Sequence record: SRR20825010_2269
DNA: 47,024 bases
Strand: one strand, 5' to 3'
The position numbers and the translations under genes are program-made. Shown here piece after piece: positions 19,416 through 30,216 of this stretch. Positions within the stretch are counted from its first letter, which is position 1. Every line of letters begins with the position of its first letter. Under the pieces are notes generated by a model that was not told the DNA's origin, did not search any database, and saw nothing but the letters and a program-made list of their open reading frames with translations.

Positions 19416-21812
19416 ATGCATCGGTTCCTACTCTTTTTGGTTTTCTTTAGTCACTTAGCTCTATATTCTCAAACTACCTCAACGCTAAGTGGGCACATAA
19501 CAGACGGTACTAGTGGAGAAACTGTGATTGGCGCAAAAATTTACATTCCTTCTATTCAGAAAGGTGCTGTTACGAATACTTATGGTTTTTATTCTTTAAC
19601 TATTCCGAGTGACACGCACATTGTTGAGTTTAGAGCGACTGGTTTACCGACAGAAATTCGCACGATAGACCTTACCAAAGATGTGAAATTGGACATTGAA
19701 CTGGGAGGAAATAATCAGACCATTGAAGAAGTTGTTGTTAAGGCGAAATCTGAGGACAATACAAAAAGCACCAAGATTGGTCAAATTGAACTTGATATTG
19801 ATGAAATTAAAAAACTTCCTGCTTTTATGGGGGAAGTCGATATTATCAAAACCATTCAGTTGCTTCCTGGGGTTTCTTCCGCTGCAGAAGGTGGACAGGG
19901 GTTTTATGTCCGTGGAGGAGGTCCTGACCAGAATTTAGTTCTCTTGGACGAGGCTGTCGTGTACAATGCTGCTCACCTTTTTGGTTTTTTCTCTGTGTTC
20001 AACTCCGATGCCGTAAAAAGTGTCAATTTGATCAAAGGAGGAATGCCTGCAAACTTTGGAGGAAGAATGTCCTCGGTGCTAGAGGTAAATATGAACGAAG
20101 GAAACAATAAGCGCTTCAGTGTAAAAGGAGGGATTGGAGCAATTTCTTCGAGGTTGACGTTGGAAGGCCCGCTTAAAAAGGACAAAGGATCGTTCATGAT
20201 TTCTGGACGAAGAACCTATTTGGATGTCTTAATGAAAGCAGCAATTTCAGATTCATCGCCCTTTGCTGGATCAAGTTACTTCTTTTACGATCTCAATCTT
20301 AAAATGAACTATAAACTAGGAGAAAAGGATAAACTTTTTCTAAGTGGATACTATGGTAAAGATGAGTTCAGCTTTGGAAATAAAGACGATGATTTCAAAG
20401 TAACCATGCCTTGGGGAAATGGAATTGCAGCGTTGAGATGGAACCACCTTTTTACAAACAAGCTGTTCATGAATGTAACGGGAACATTCACCGATTATCT
20501 TTTCAGTTTTGGCTCAGAGCAAGATCAATTTAGGTTCGAATTAAAATCTGGAATTAGAGACTGGGGAGGAAAGGTAGATTTCACTTATTTCCCAAATACG
20601 CGCCATAAACTCAAATGGGGATTGGATTATATCTATCACACATTCACACCAACAAGCGTTTCTGCATCGCAAGAAGATGTTGTTTTTGATACCGGATTAG
20701 CTCAACAGTTGTTTAGTCATGAGTCTGCTGCATACATTTTGGATGAATTTGATCTCACCGAAAAAATCCGCTTCAATTTTGGAATTCGGTACAGCACTTT
20801 TCAGCACGTTGGTCCATTTACACGCTACGTTAAAGGCGATATAAGTAAACCCGATTCTACGATTGAATACGGAAAAGGTGATTTATTGAAATCGTACCAA
20901 GGATTGGAGCCTCGGATTTCAGGAAGATGGTCGATCACTGACAAAAGCTCTATAAAGGCAGGCTATTCATACAATTATCAATACATCCATTTAACCTCGC
21001 TCTCCGCGGTTTCTTTGCCAACAGACATTTGGTTTCCTACTACGGATATCGCGCAACCGCAAAAAGGCTGGCAAGGATCGATCGGCTATTTCAGGAATTT
21101 TTTCGAAAATCGCTACGAAACATCGGTTGAAGTGTACTATAAAGGGATGAACAACCTTATCGAATACAAAGAAGGAGCGCTGCCGTCGGACAATGTAAAC
21201 GACAATACAGATAACCTGCTTACGTTCGGAAAAGGATGGAGCTACGGCGCAGAGTTTTTTGTGAAACGAACGTATGGTAAAATAACAGGGTGGATTGGCT
21301 ACACTTGGAGTAAAACCGAGCGAATCTTCGAAGATTTAAACAACGGTGAAAAGTTCCCTGCGAAATATGACAGAAGACACGATTTGTCGGTTGTTGTAAG
21401 TTATAAACCAAAAGAACGATGGGTGTTTAGTACAGCCTTTATTTTTGCAACGGGAAATACATTGACATTGCCTTCATCATGGTATGTTCAAAATCAAGAT
21501 TTACTTTTTAACTATGGTCAGCGAAACTCAACGAGATTGGCAGATTATCATCGCTTAGATTTGTCTGCTACCTGGTATTCCAAAGCATATAAAGAAAAGG
21601 CTGACCCAATAACTGGTGAGACAATTCAAGTAAAAAAACGCTTCAAAAGCAATTGGGCATTTTCTATTTACAATGTATATAATCGTGCAAACCCCTACTT
21701 TTTGTATGTGGACAACGATGGTGACTTTCTTCAAGGGGATTTTAAGATTTCTGTGAAGCAAGTAACACTTTTCCCCATTATTCCGAGTGCAACATGGAAC
21801 TTTGAATTTTAA
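19416..21812 (+). CDS. TonB-dependent receptor
   Basis: N-terminal carboxypeptidase-like domain (GAVTNTYGFYSL), plug (VRGGGPDQNLVLLD...HLFGFFS), barrel ending in WNFEF; start moved to the ATG preceding the signal peptide. Confidence 0.92.
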   Translation: MHRFLLFLVFFSHLALYSQTTSTLSGHITDGTSGETVIGAKIYIPSIQKGAVTNTYGFYSLTIPSDTHIVEFRATGLPTEIRTIDLTKDVKLDIELGGNNQTIEEVVVKAKSEDNTKSTKIGQIELDIDEIKKLPAFMGEVDIIKTIQLLPGVSSAAEGGQGFYVRGGGPDQNLVLLDEAVVYNAAHLFGFFSVFNSDAVKSVNLIKGGMPANFGGRMSSVLEVNMNEGNNKRFSVKGGIGAISSRLTLEGPLKKDKGSFMISGRRTYLDVLMKAAISDSSPFAGSSYFFYDLNLKMNYKLGEKDKLFLSGYYGKDEFSFGNKDDDFKVTMPWGNGIAALRWNHLFTNKLFMNVTGTFTDYLFSFGSEQDQFRFELKSGIRDWGGKVDFTYFPNTRHKLKWGLDYIYHTFTPTSVSASQEDVVFDTGLAQQLFSHESAAYILDEFDLTEKIRFNFGIRYSTFQHVGPFTRYVKGDISKPDSTIEYGKGDLLKSYQGLEPRISGRWSITDKSSIKAGYSYNYQYIHLTSLSAVSLPTDIWFPTTDIAQPQKGWQGSIGYFRNFFENRYETSVEVYYKGMNNLIEYKEGALPSDNVNDNTDNLLTFGKGWSYGAEFFVKRTYGKITGWIGYTWSKTERIFEDLNNGEKFPAKYDRRHDLSVVVSYKPKERWVFSTAFIFATGNTLTLPSSWYVQNQDLLFNYGQRNSTRLADYHRLDLSATWYSKAYKEKADPITGETIQVKKRFKSNWAFSIYNVYNRANPYFLYVDNDGDFLQGDFKISVKQVTLFPIIPSATWNFEF

Positions 21813-21815
21813 ACT

Positions 21816-22775
21816 ATGAGAAAGATGAATAAATTTCTTGTCTTAATCCTACTTCTGTCGATGGTCGTTAGTTCGTGCACCAAAGAAGTGACGATTGATA
21901 TCCCAGGTTACGAAGAGCAACTTGTCATTGACGGCTATATCGAAACGGGACAACCGCCCATTGTGCTTCTTTCTCGATCAAAAGAAGTCTATTCCCCAAC
22001 AGATCTAAATGCATTCCTCAGCGGGTTTGTTTCTGGTGCAAAAGTGACTGTTTCAGATGGCACAACCACCGTTGAACTCGACGAAATTTGCTCAGACAAT
22101 CTCCCTCCGGGCTCAGAAAATTTGGCGGCTCAACTCTTTGGAGTTCCAGTGGATGAACTTCAGAACTACAAATTATGTGGATATACTTCGTTTAACACTG
22201 CCATTTGGGGACAAGTTGGAAAAACCTACTCCTTGAAAGTTGAATTTGAAGGAAAAACATATACTTCCGAAACATCCATTCTTCCCCCTACTTCACTCGA
22301 TTCCACTTTCTGGAAACCTGATGATGGTTATACCGATCGCGGCTATTCTTGGGCAACGCTTTCTGACCCAGCTGGTCAATATGATGCGTACCGATGGCAG
22401 GTGAAAAGAACGAATTTAGACGCCATGGGAGACCCCATCGATCCGATCTACACCAGCACATACAGTCCTGTTTTCGATGATGAGTTTTTTAATGGCTTGA
22501 CTTTTGATTTCTTTTACGAAAACCCGAATGCACGTGGACCAGAAGTACCTGAAGATTATCGCTTCTATTTTCAACTTGGAGACACCGTTGTAATTAAACT
22601 TTCGAAGATGGATAAGAACGTCTATAATTTTATGGAGAAAAAATATACTCAGCTTTCAACGGCCGGAAATCCTTTTGCTACACCAACCAATATCCCCAAT
22701 AATATTACGGGTGGAGCTTTGGGAGTTTGGGCTGGTTATTCTCCGAGCTATGATACTTTAATCTGTCAGCCGTAA
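21816..22775 (+). CDS. DUF4249-family lipoprotein
   Basis: Lipobox VVSSC, LVIDGYI, DDEFFNG, NITGGALGVWAG; usual partner of this receptor class. Confidence 0.85.
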   Translation: MRKMNKFLVLILLLSMVVSSCTKEVTIDIPGYEEQLVIDGYIETGQPPIVLLSRSKEVYSPTDLNAFLSGFVSGAKVTVSDGTTTVELDEICSDNLPPGSENLAAQLFGVPVDELQNYKLCGYTSFNTAIWGQVGKTYSLKVEFEGKTYTSETSILPPTSLDSTFWKPDDGYTDRGYSWATLSDPAGQYDAYRWQVKRTNLDAMGDPIDPIYTSTYSPVFDDEFFNGLTFDFFYENPNARGPEVPEDYRFYFQLGDTVVIKLSKMDKNVYNFMEKKYTQLSTAGNPFATPTNIPNNITGGALGVWAGYSPSYDTLICQP

Positions 22776-22804
22776 TGTTTCGGCTTGTTTAACGTCAAAA
22801 GACT

Positions 22805-23293
22805 ATGAAAATTATCTTTTTTATATTGATTTTCCTGACTTCAACCGCGTTTGGTCAAACTGACGAGTATGAAAAAATGCTCGAAGATTATTACAACGAT
22901 TTCCCAACCATTTCGTGTAGTGAAGCCTCACGATTAACGAACACGGAAAACGTCTATTTCTTAGACACCCGCGAACAGAAAGAATTCAATATAAGTCACA
23001 TAAAAGGCGCTAGGTGCGTTGGCTACATCTATTTCAAAATGAGTTCGGTACGCGACATTCCCAAAGATGCCACCATTATTGTGTACTGCAGTATTGGAGC
23101 CAGGAGTCAGAACATTGGTGAAAAGCTCGTTAAAGCTGGATATAAAAACGTTAGCAATTTGTACGGAGGCTTTTTTCAATGGTCCAATTCTGGACTTCCG
23201 AAATACACTTCTGATGACAAAGTGACTCAAAAAATCCATGGTTATTCAAAGAAATGGGGAAAATGGATTACAAACGGTGTAGTTGTTCATTAA
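22805..23293 (+). CDS. Secreted rhodanese-like domain protein
   Basis: FLDTRE..EF..SHIKGA, active loop VYCSIGARS, NLYGGFFQW. Confidence 0.9.
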   Translation: MKIIFFILIFLTSTAFGQTDEYEKMLEDYYNDFPTISCSEASRLTNTENVYFLDTREQKEFNISHIKGARCVGYIYFKMSSVRDIPKDATIIVYCSIGARSQNIGEKLVKAGYKNVSNLYGGFFQWSNSGLPKYTSDDKVTQKIHGYSKKWGKWITNGVVVH

Positions 23294-23318
23294 TTTAGCT
23301 CCATACAACATCTGCTTA

Positions 23319-23930
23319 ATGGAAAAAGAGAATTTATTGATCGTTTTTGTGAAAAATGCCAAACTCGGTCACGCAAAAACGCGTTTAGCGGCGAGCATTG
23401 GTGATCAAGCTGCATTTGAAGTCTACAAAACCCTTCTTGCACTAACGGAAAAAGAGACACAATCTCTTCAAGGAGCTACAATACACATTTACTTTTCCAG
23501 CGAGTTATCAGATGAAAACTGGATCGGTCAAACAAAATTTGTTCAAAATGGAGCAGATTTAGGAGAGCGAATGCGCAACGCGTTTCAGCAGGGCTTTGAT
23601 CTCGGATTTAAACGAATTATTGGTGTCGGCTCTGATTTACCAGACTTGAATCAATCTATCATGCAAGAAGGACTTGAGGCGTTAAAAACAAACGATGCAG
23701 TTTTCGGTCCAGCGGAAGATGGCGGATATTATCTAATCGGTATGAATCAACTAATTCCGTGCATTTTTGAGAATAAACCGTGGAGTCAGGAAAACCTATT
23801 GAACGTCACTTTAGATGAACTTACGGAAAATAAACACTCCGTAGCGATCCTAAAACCGTTGAATGATATTGATACGATAGAGGATTTACGAAAGTCGTCT
23901 ATTGCGCCACGTTTTAAAGAATATCTATAA
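23319..23930 (+). CDS. TIGR04282/DUF2064 glycosyltransferase-like protein
   Basis: IVFVKN...KTRLA, QNGADLGERM, GSDLP, GPAEDGGYYLIG, DIDTIEDL. Confidence 0.88.
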   Translation: MEKENLLIVFVKNAKLGHAKTRLAASIGDQAAFEVYKTLLALTEKETQSLQGATIHIYFSSELSDENWIGQTKFVQNGADLGERMRNAFQQGFDLGFKRIIGVGSDLPDLNQSIMQEGLEALKTNDAVFGPAEDGGYYLIGMNQLIPCIFENKPWSQENLLNVTLDELTENKHSVAILKPLNDIDTIEDLRKSSIAPRFKEYL

Positions 23931-23931
23931 G

Positions 23932-24882
23932 TTAATCTTCACTTTTCTCTGCTTCCTCTTCGATAATCTGAACATCTTCACTAGGCGACGGAGCTTCGTG
24001 TTTAATTCGATCTAGCATACTCGATGTTTTCTGAGAAATTTCAATTCGCTCAATCACCGTATCGTCCTTGTATTCTATCTCGCCCTTATCGGTAATGTTT
24101 TTAATCTTATTTTGAATAGTTAGGTATTGCTCGTCCAAATCAGAATAATAAATAGTAAATACCGAGTGATTTCCGTTGTCTTTTACTAAATCTCTCAAAT
24201 ATAATTTCTCCAACGAAGCATCAGAACCACGTTCCAAATCCGCAACTATTCCGTCTTTAAACAAAATATGCGACATCGGAGGTAAATCTCTTTGCTTAAA
24301 CCATGAATTGCTTCTTTCACAAAACGGATCCTTCACATTTTGAATTCCAATAATGATTGACAAAGCGAGAATGATCAACGATTCTATGATCCAAATAATT
24401 GCTAAAAACACACCACTAACTGTCTGCCCAAACAACGCCCAAGATCCGTATTCATTCACTTCAGCCATTAAACCGAACAACCCACTTGGACTCATTGCAA
24501 TTAGCGACAATTGCTCGAAATTAGTGCTGCTCACCGTAATTCCAATTCTACTTGATCCATACGTTTCCGTTGCATTCAGTACTAAATCTGCCCAAACAAC
24601 CCAGTGCGCATAAATCGCTGCCAATCCACCTAAACTAGCGAGAAGAATGGCCAATTTTACGTTCCTCACCTTTCCTATTTTTATCACGACAAAACGAATC
24701 ACGATTCCCACTGCAAAACCAAATCCAGCGGTAATTAAGAAGTTGACATAAATGAAAGGAATGTACCAAATGGCGTACGTATACAACGCTCCCAATAGAG
24801 GAAAAGCAGTAAAACAAAGAACCAAAAAGAGAATTAATGAAGTAGGCGAAAATTTCCCTGAAGGAACATAGTACTTTTGCAT
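23932..24882 (-). CDS. Hypothetical integral membrane protein
   Basis: Several hydrophobic helices, then PFCE..NSW and a soluble tail; start set at ATG 24882 to avoid overlap with the upstream gene. Confidence 0.8.
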   Translation of the reverse strand: MQKYYVPSGKFSPTSLILFLVLCFTAFPLLGALYTYAIWYIPFIYVNFLITAGFGFAVGIVIRFVVIKIGKVRNVKLAILLASLGGLAAIYAHWVVWADLVLNATETYGSSRIGITVSSTNFEQLSLIAMSPSGLFGLMAEVNEYGSWALFGQTVSGVFLAIIWIIESLIILALSIIIGIQNVKDPFCERSNSWFKQRDLPPMSHILFKDGIVADLERGSDASLEKLYLRDLVKDNGNHSVFTIYYSDLDEQYLTIQNKIKNITDKGEIEYKDDTVIERIEISQKTSSMLDRIKHEAPSPSEDVQIIEEEAEKSED

Positions 24883-24967
24883 GTGAACATTGTTAAAGTT
24901 AGCGCGGCTAAAATAAGAATATTCTTTAAGTACGAATGTTTTGATTAAAAATCCGCTGGAAACCTCA

Positions 24968-26077
24968 TCAATCAAACGGGTTAGACCAGCGCTCATTCGT
25001 TAGCAAACCTGGTTCCGAGAGCGTTTTGAGAAATGCAATCAATGCAGCTTTTTCCTGTTGTGTTAGGTTCATCTGTCGCGGCGGGCCTCCAATCACTCCA
25101 TTTGTCGTAAGTCGATCGTCTAAATTGAAATGCGGCTGAATCCCTGAGTTGTAAAATTCGACTACTTCTTCGAGGGAAGCAAAACGACCATCATGCATGT
25201 AGGGAGCCGTATATTCGATATTCCGAAGTGTAGGAGTTTTGAATTTTCCAAAGTTCGATGAATTACCGTTTAAACCACCTACTCCTTGATCTACATAATT
25301 GGATTCCAAACCATTATTGTGTGGTGACGAATCGAAGAAATAATTCGTTTGGTGGCAATTATTGCAATTGGTACGCGCATCTACAAAAAAGAGGTCCTTT
25401 CCTTGTAATTCTTGTGCCGTATAATTGACGAAATTTGTTTCAATTCCTTCATCATACTTAGCGTCCACGCTGTATATTGATCGCATAAACTGAGCAAGAG
25501 CCAATCCAATTCGTTCGCGTGTGATGGTAGGATCTCCGAATGCCTGATCGAACAATTTTCCATAGTACGGAAGTTTGGGTAATTTCAGTTCAAGTTCATC
25601 AAGGGTCATATCCATTTCAACGGGGTGCTGAATAGGCATCAAAGCAAGTTCTTCCAGTCCATTTGCTCTTAAATCCCAGAAATAACGGAAGCCCATGAAT
25701 GAATTGACGATCGCCATTGAATTTCGGGTTGTAATTTCTCCGTAAAGTCCTGTCGAACCATTTGTTCCGTCTGTAAATGCCTTATTTTGATGGTGACAAC
25801 TTGCGCACGAGACCGTATTGTTCTTGGAAAGTTGCTTGTCGTAAAAAAGCACTCGCCCTAGTGTCGCACCTTCTTTTGTGACAGGATTACTACTCGGTGT
25901 ACTATTAAAAAATGTATACACTCCTCCTTGCAAATGGCTGGGAGGACTGAAATCGTCGTAATTGAATGGCGTAGTTGGCAGTTTGGGAAACGGCATTCCC
26001 GCAGAACTAATAACAGGCTCTTTCTTACATGAAATAAGGAGTAAACCGATACAGAATAAAAGAAATGCACTTCTCAT
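24968..26077 (-). CDS. Di-heme cytochrome c peroxidase/MauG-family lipoprotein
   Basis: Lipobox LLISC, two CxxCH motifs (CASCH, CNNCH), LGRVLFYD, FKTPTLRN, APYMHDG. Confidence 0.92.
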   Translation of the reverse strand: MRSAFLLFCIGLLLISCKKEPVISSAGMPFPKLPTTPFNYDDFSPPSHLQGGVYTFFNSTPSSNPVTKEGATLGRVLFYDKQLSKNNTVSCASCHHQNKAFTDGTNGSTGLYGEITTRNSMAIVNSFMGFRYFWDLRANGLEELALMPIQHPVEMDMTLDELELKLPKLPYYGKLFDQAFGDPTITRERIGLALAQFMRSIYSVDAKYDEGIETNFVNYTAQELQGKDLFFVDARTNCNNCHQTNYFFDSSPHNNGLESNYVDQGVGGLNGNSSNFGKFKTPTLRNIEYTAPYMHDGRFASLEEVVEFYNSGIQPHFNLDDRLTTNGVIGGPPRQMNLTQQEKAALIAFLKTLSEPGLLTNERWSNPFD

Positions 26078-26122
26078 AACCCCACAAGTTAAAAAAAGAA
26101 TGCTATCTCACCTACTCGCGGT

Positions 26123-27094
26123 CTATAGATAATCGTGTCCGATCAAATAATTTTGCACGTAATCTTTGACTCCTGCCTCCAACGAATGGAACGGGGTAGA
26201 ATATCCTTCAGCGATTAATTTAGACATATCAGCCTCTGTGAAATATTGGTATTTCTCACGGATATCTTCTGGAGTATCTACAAAAGAAATAGCTGGCTCT
26301 TTGTCCAACGCATAAAACGTATTCTTCGTAAGGTCTAAAAACGTGCGTGCCGTTCCTGAACCCAAATTATAGATTCCCGACGATGGATTTTTCTCCATTA
26401 AGAACAAACAAACACTTGCAACATCCTTCACATAAACGAAGTCGCGTAATTGCTCACCGTCTTTGTATTCAGGATTATGCGAACGGAACAATTTCATTGC
26501 TTCAGTTGCTCCAATTTGGTTAAACGCATGGAAAATCACAGAAGCCATTCTTCCTTTATGGTATTCATTTGGACCGTAAACGTTGAAAAATTTCAATCCA
26601 GCCCAAAAAGGTGGGAAAGACGTTTGTTGAAGTACCCATTTATCGAAGTCATTCTTCGAATCACCGTAAGGATTTAGTGGTTTCAACTTAGGGATAATAT
26701 CGTGATCGTCTCTGTAGCCAAACTCACCTAAACCGTATGTTGCTGCAGAACTTGCATATACCAACGGAATATTGAACTGAACACAGGCATTCCAAACCGC
26801 TTTGGAATAGTTTACATTGAGTTCATCAAAAATGGATTTGTCAAATTCGGTTGTATCTGTGCGAGCTCCAATGTGATAAATGAATTCAACTTCGTGACCA
26901 AAATCTGAAAGCCATTGAATAAAATCGTTTCTTCCAATTTTAGCCTGAATTGTTTTTCCTGCTAAATTGTCGTCCTTTTCTGTTTTCGAAAAATCATCTA
27001 CCACAGTGATATTTGTATATCCGGCAGCGTTTAATCTACTAACCAGAACGCTTCCGATAAATCCGGCTGCTCCTGTTACTACAATTGTTTTCAT
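26123..27094 (-). CDS. hldD: ADP-L-glycero-D-manno-heptose 6-epimerase
   Basis: TGAAGFIGS, YASSAATYG, PLNPYGDSK, FFNVYGPNEYHKGRMAS, KYQYFTEAD. Confidence 0.93.
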   Translation of the reverse strand: MKTIVVTGAAGFIGSVLVSRLNAAGYTNITVVDDFSKTEKDDNLAGKTIQAKIGRNDFIQWLSDFGHEVEFIYHIGARTDTTEFDKSIFDELNVNYSKAVWNACVQFNIPLVYASSAATYGLGEFGYRDDHDIIPKLKPLNPYGDSKNDFDKWVLQQTSFPPFWAGLKFFNVYGPNEYHKGRMASVIFHAFNQIGATEAMKLFRSHNPEYKDGEQLRDFVYVKDVASVCLFLMEKNPSSGIYNLGSGTARTFLDLTKNTFYALDKEPAISFVDTPEDIREKYQYFTEADMSKLIAEGYSTPFHSLEAGVKDYVQNYLIGHDYL

Positions 27095-27113
27095 ACGATT
27101 TTTTTAAGCTCGA

Positions 27114-27728
27114 TTAAAAGAGACCGTTTATTTCAGCGTCTATCGCGTTAATGATCTTTCCTAAATCTTCTTGACTCTCCAAAAAGTTGTTATTATCGAC
27201 ATCTACGATCAACAATTTTCCTTTGTCGTAGGTTGAAATCCACGCTTCGTAGCGTTCGTTTAGTCTCTTTAAATAATCCAAGCGAATGCTTTCTTCGTAA
27301 TCGCGTCCTCGTTTTTGAATTTGATTCACGAGTGTTGGAACACTTGCACGAAGGTAAATTAGCAAATCTGGCGGAGAGACAAAGGAATCCATCAAGTTGA
27401 ACAACGAAAAGTAATTTTCAAAATCACGGGTCGTCATCAATCCCATTGAGTGGAGGTTTGGTGCAAAAATGAACGCATCTTCATAAATGGTTCTGTCTTG
27501 AACAACCGTTTCATCCGATTTCTGAATCTCTTGAACCTGCGTAAATCGGCTGTTCAAATAATAAATCTGAAGGTTGAAAGACCAACGTTGCATGTCTTCA
27601 TAGAAGTCATTCAAATAGGGATTCTGTTCAACGTCTTCGAAGTGTGTTTGCCAGCCAAAATGCTTTGCCAACATTTTCGTTAGCGTTGTTTTTCCTGCTC
27701 CTATATTTCCTGCGATTGCAACGTGCAT
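27114..27728 (-). CDS. Deoxynucleoside kinase
   Basis: AGNIGAGKTT P-loop, QDRTIYED, PDLLIYL, KRGRDYE. Confidence 0.93.
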   Translation of the reverse strand: MHVAIAGNIGAGKTTLTKMLAKHFGWQTHFEDVEQNPYLNDFYEDMQRWSFNLQIYYLNSRFTQVQEIQKSDETVVQDRTIYEDAFIFAPNLHSMGLMTTRDFENYFSLFNLMDSFVSPPDLLIYLRASVPTLVNQIQKRGRDYEESIRLDYLKRLNERYEAWISTYDKGKLLIVDVDNNNFLESQEDLGKIINAIDAEINGLF

Positions 27729-27784
27729 AGATGTGTCTTTTTTTGGACTGACTAAATTAAAAACTTTGAAGCAACGAGCAAGGT

Positions 27785-28600
27785 TTATTCGGACATTTGG
27801 AAGGCAAACTTATGAACACCCTCCTCGTTTCGGAAAAAGAAATGATTCCCAATGAACACAAATGAGTCGATTCCTTTCACAGGTAATGCTGTCTTCCATT
27901 CATCAAGACTAACAGATGATCGAATCGTTAACTCATTTCCCTGAATTATAAATATCGCATTCTCTGTGGCTTCAATTCCTGTTACATTTGGTCGAGCGAT
28001 AAATTCCAATAACGAACCATATAAATCAAAAATATAGATTCCTTTATTCGGATCTACGAGCATTAACTGGTTATTTCGTTCCAAGATTTGAGAAACGGAT
28101 TCTACACTTAGAATTCCCCGCAAGTTTTTAATCTCTTGTCGCTGCCCTGTTGCATCGAGCGAAATTAAAACCAAGGTTGAATTTACGTTGTCCAAAATCC
28201 ATAATTTGTTCGGTTGACTCGACCTACAAACTAAAGAAGCATTGATGATTCCTTGATCGGACAATTCTAGACAGGATTCCGTTTGAGTGAGTGTATTATC
28301 GAAATAACAAAGGGTTTGTTGCTCCTCCGAAAAGTGAACTAACTTCATTGAGTTAATTGGAACGAGCGCGGTCATATTTCCAAGTGATTTGTAACTCTGT
28401 TTAAACTTCAAAACCCTCGTTGAGTCGAATTTTTGAATTCCGTTCGCATTCGCCACGTAGTAGTTTCCAAGAACATCCATAGACCAAGTGGAACCTTCTT
28501 CAAGCTTTAGAAGTCCAGCACTTTTCCACACCAAAGAGTCAGCTTGACCAAAGCCAAAGCATGAAATGAATAAAAATCCTATGAAAATCCAGCTACGCAT
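27785..28600 (-). CDS. Hypothetical secreted protein (beta-propeller-like)
   Basis: Signal peptide, repeated short beta motifs (DVLGNYY, GIYIFDLYG); overlaps the GH3 stop by 8 nt. Confidence 0.75.
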   Translation of the reverse strand: MRSWIFIGFLFISCFGFGQADSLVWKSAGLLKLEEGSTWSMDVLGNYYVANANGIQKFDSTRVLKFKQSYKSLGNMTALVPINSMKLVHFSEEQQTLCYFDNTLTQTESCLELSDQGIINASLVCRSSQPNKLWILDNVNSTLVLISLDATGQRQEIKNLRGILSVESVSQILERNNQLMLVDPNKGIYIFDLYGSLLEFIARPNVTGIEATENAIFIIQGNELTIRSSVSLDEWKTALPVKGIDSFVFIGNHFFFRNEEGVHKFAFQMSE

Positions 28601-30122
28601 TTAGTTTTATTTGATTAGCTATTAGCAAGATTTGTTCCAAGATGACCCGATCATTTGCCAAACGGGGAACTTTGTGCTGTCCTCCCAACTTACCTATCGA
28701 TCTCAACCACTGATCAAACGTTCCTGCTGGAATTGTTCGAATCATGGGTTCACTTAGAATCAAATTATGATACCGTTTTGCGTCGTAGTCCGAATTCAAT
28801 TCTCTCAATGTTTCATCTAGCACACGAACAAAACGTTCCATGTCATCTGGATATTGTACAAACTCAATGCACCATTCATGCGCTCCTGAAAGGTTCCCTT
28901 CCATATAAACAGGACACGCAGTGAATTCTCTTATTCGGGCATTTGTTTTTTCACACGCCCGCGCAATCCCCAATTCGGCATTTTCCACAATCAATTCTTC
29001 GCCAAACGTATTAATGAAACTTTTGGTCCTGCCTGTTATTTTAAAGCGATATGGAACGGTGGAAGTAAACCGAATCGTATCTCCCAAAATGTACCGCCAC
29101 AAACCACCATTGGTTGAAATTACGAGCGCATAATTAACACCCTCTTTCACGTCTTCCAACGCTATGATCTCCGTTGAATCAACTCCATCAAAAGTATCCA
29201 TTGGGATAAACTCGTAAAAAATCCCGTAATCGAGCATGAGAAGCATTTCGCTCACTCCTATTTGATCTTGAATTCCAAAAAATCCCTCGGATGCGTTGTA
29301 CGTTTCCACATAATGCATTTCGGGATCAGGAATAAGTGCCTCAAATTGTTTGCGGTACGGTTCAAAACTGACACCACCATGCATAAAAAGCTCAAGGTTC
29401 GGCCACACTTCTTTTAAATTGCTCTTCCCTGTGATTTCCAATACTCGATTCACCAAAACAAGCGTCCAACTTGGAACTCCAGCAATAATATAAATGTCTT
29501 GCTCAATCGTTGACCTTGCCATTCGCTCGATTTTCTCCTCCCATTCACTCAAGAGCGCAATTTCTTTCGCAGGAGTTCTTCGAATTTCAGCCCACCAAGG
29601 AAGATTTTTAACAATAATCGCGGACAAATCGCCAAAATAGGAATCCGCTGAAAGATGATTGATCTTCGCGCTTCCTCCGATTATTAAATGCTTTCCGTTG
29701 TACAATTTGCGATTCGGATGATTATCGTAATACATCGCGAGCAAGTCCTTTCCTCCTTTGTAATGGCATTCTTCCAACGACTCTTTGGTAACAGGAAGTA
29801 ATTTACTTCTACCCGATGTTGTTCCTGAAGATTTGGCAAACCATTTTGTTTCTGAAGGCCACAGTAATCCTTGTTCACCCGACATTAAACGGTCGACATA
29901 AGGTTGGAGATCATTGTACACTTGAAGGGGAACTTTCGCCTTAAAATCTTCGTAATTTGTTATGCTTTGAAAATCGTAGAGTTGACCATACTCCGTTTTG
30001 GCTCCGTTAGAAACGAGTTTATCAAACCATTCATTCTGCACGTCGATTGGATACTTGCGGAAAAGATCAATTTGATGAATCCGCTTTTTCATTACCCAAG
30101 CAAAAATAGAATTGAATGGCAT
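28593..30122 (-). CDS. GH3 auxin-responsive promoter family protein (adenylating amido-synthetase-like)
   Basis: AKSSGTT, YNASEGFFG, GLWRYILGD, KLGGQHKVPRL. Confidence 0.92.
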   Translation of the reverse strand: MPFNSIFAWVMKKRIHQIDLFRKYPIDVQNEWFDKLVSNGAKTEYGQLYDFQSITNYEDFKAKVPLQVYNDLQPYVDRLMSGEQGLLWPSETKWFAKSSGTTSGRSKLLPVTKESLEECHYKGGKDLLAMYYDNHPNRKLYNGKHLIIGGSAKINHLSADSYFGDLSAIIVKNLPWWAEIRRTPAKEIALLSEWEEKIERMARSTIEQDIYIIAGVPSWTLVLVNRVLEITGKSNLKEVWPNLELFMHGGVSFEPYRKQFEALIPDPEMHYVETYNASEGFFGIQDQIGVSEMLLMLDYGIFYEFIPMDTFDGVDSTEIIALEDVKEGVNYALVISTNGGLWRYILGDTIRFTSTVPYRFKITGRTKSFINTFGEELIVENAELGIARACEKTNARIREFTACPVYMEGNLSGAHEWCIEFVQYPDDMERFVRVLDETLRELNSDYDAKRYHNLILSEPMIRTIPAGTFDQWLRSIGKLGGQHKVPRLANDRVILEQILLIANQIKLNA

Positions 30123-30144
30123 TTTTCTCAGGGTTTAAAAGGTC

Positions 30145-30192
30145 AAAAAAAATCCCGCTAAGGTTTCACAATTGAAACACTATTAGCAGGAT
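30145..30192 (-). terminator. Rho-independent terminator between the small ORF and the GH3 gene
   Basis: Minus strand AUCCUGCUAA..GUUUCA-AUUG-UGAAAC.UUAGCGGGAU followed by U7. Confidence 0.75.
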
Positions 30193-30216
30193 AATCATTT
30201 TAAATTGATAGTGGGT

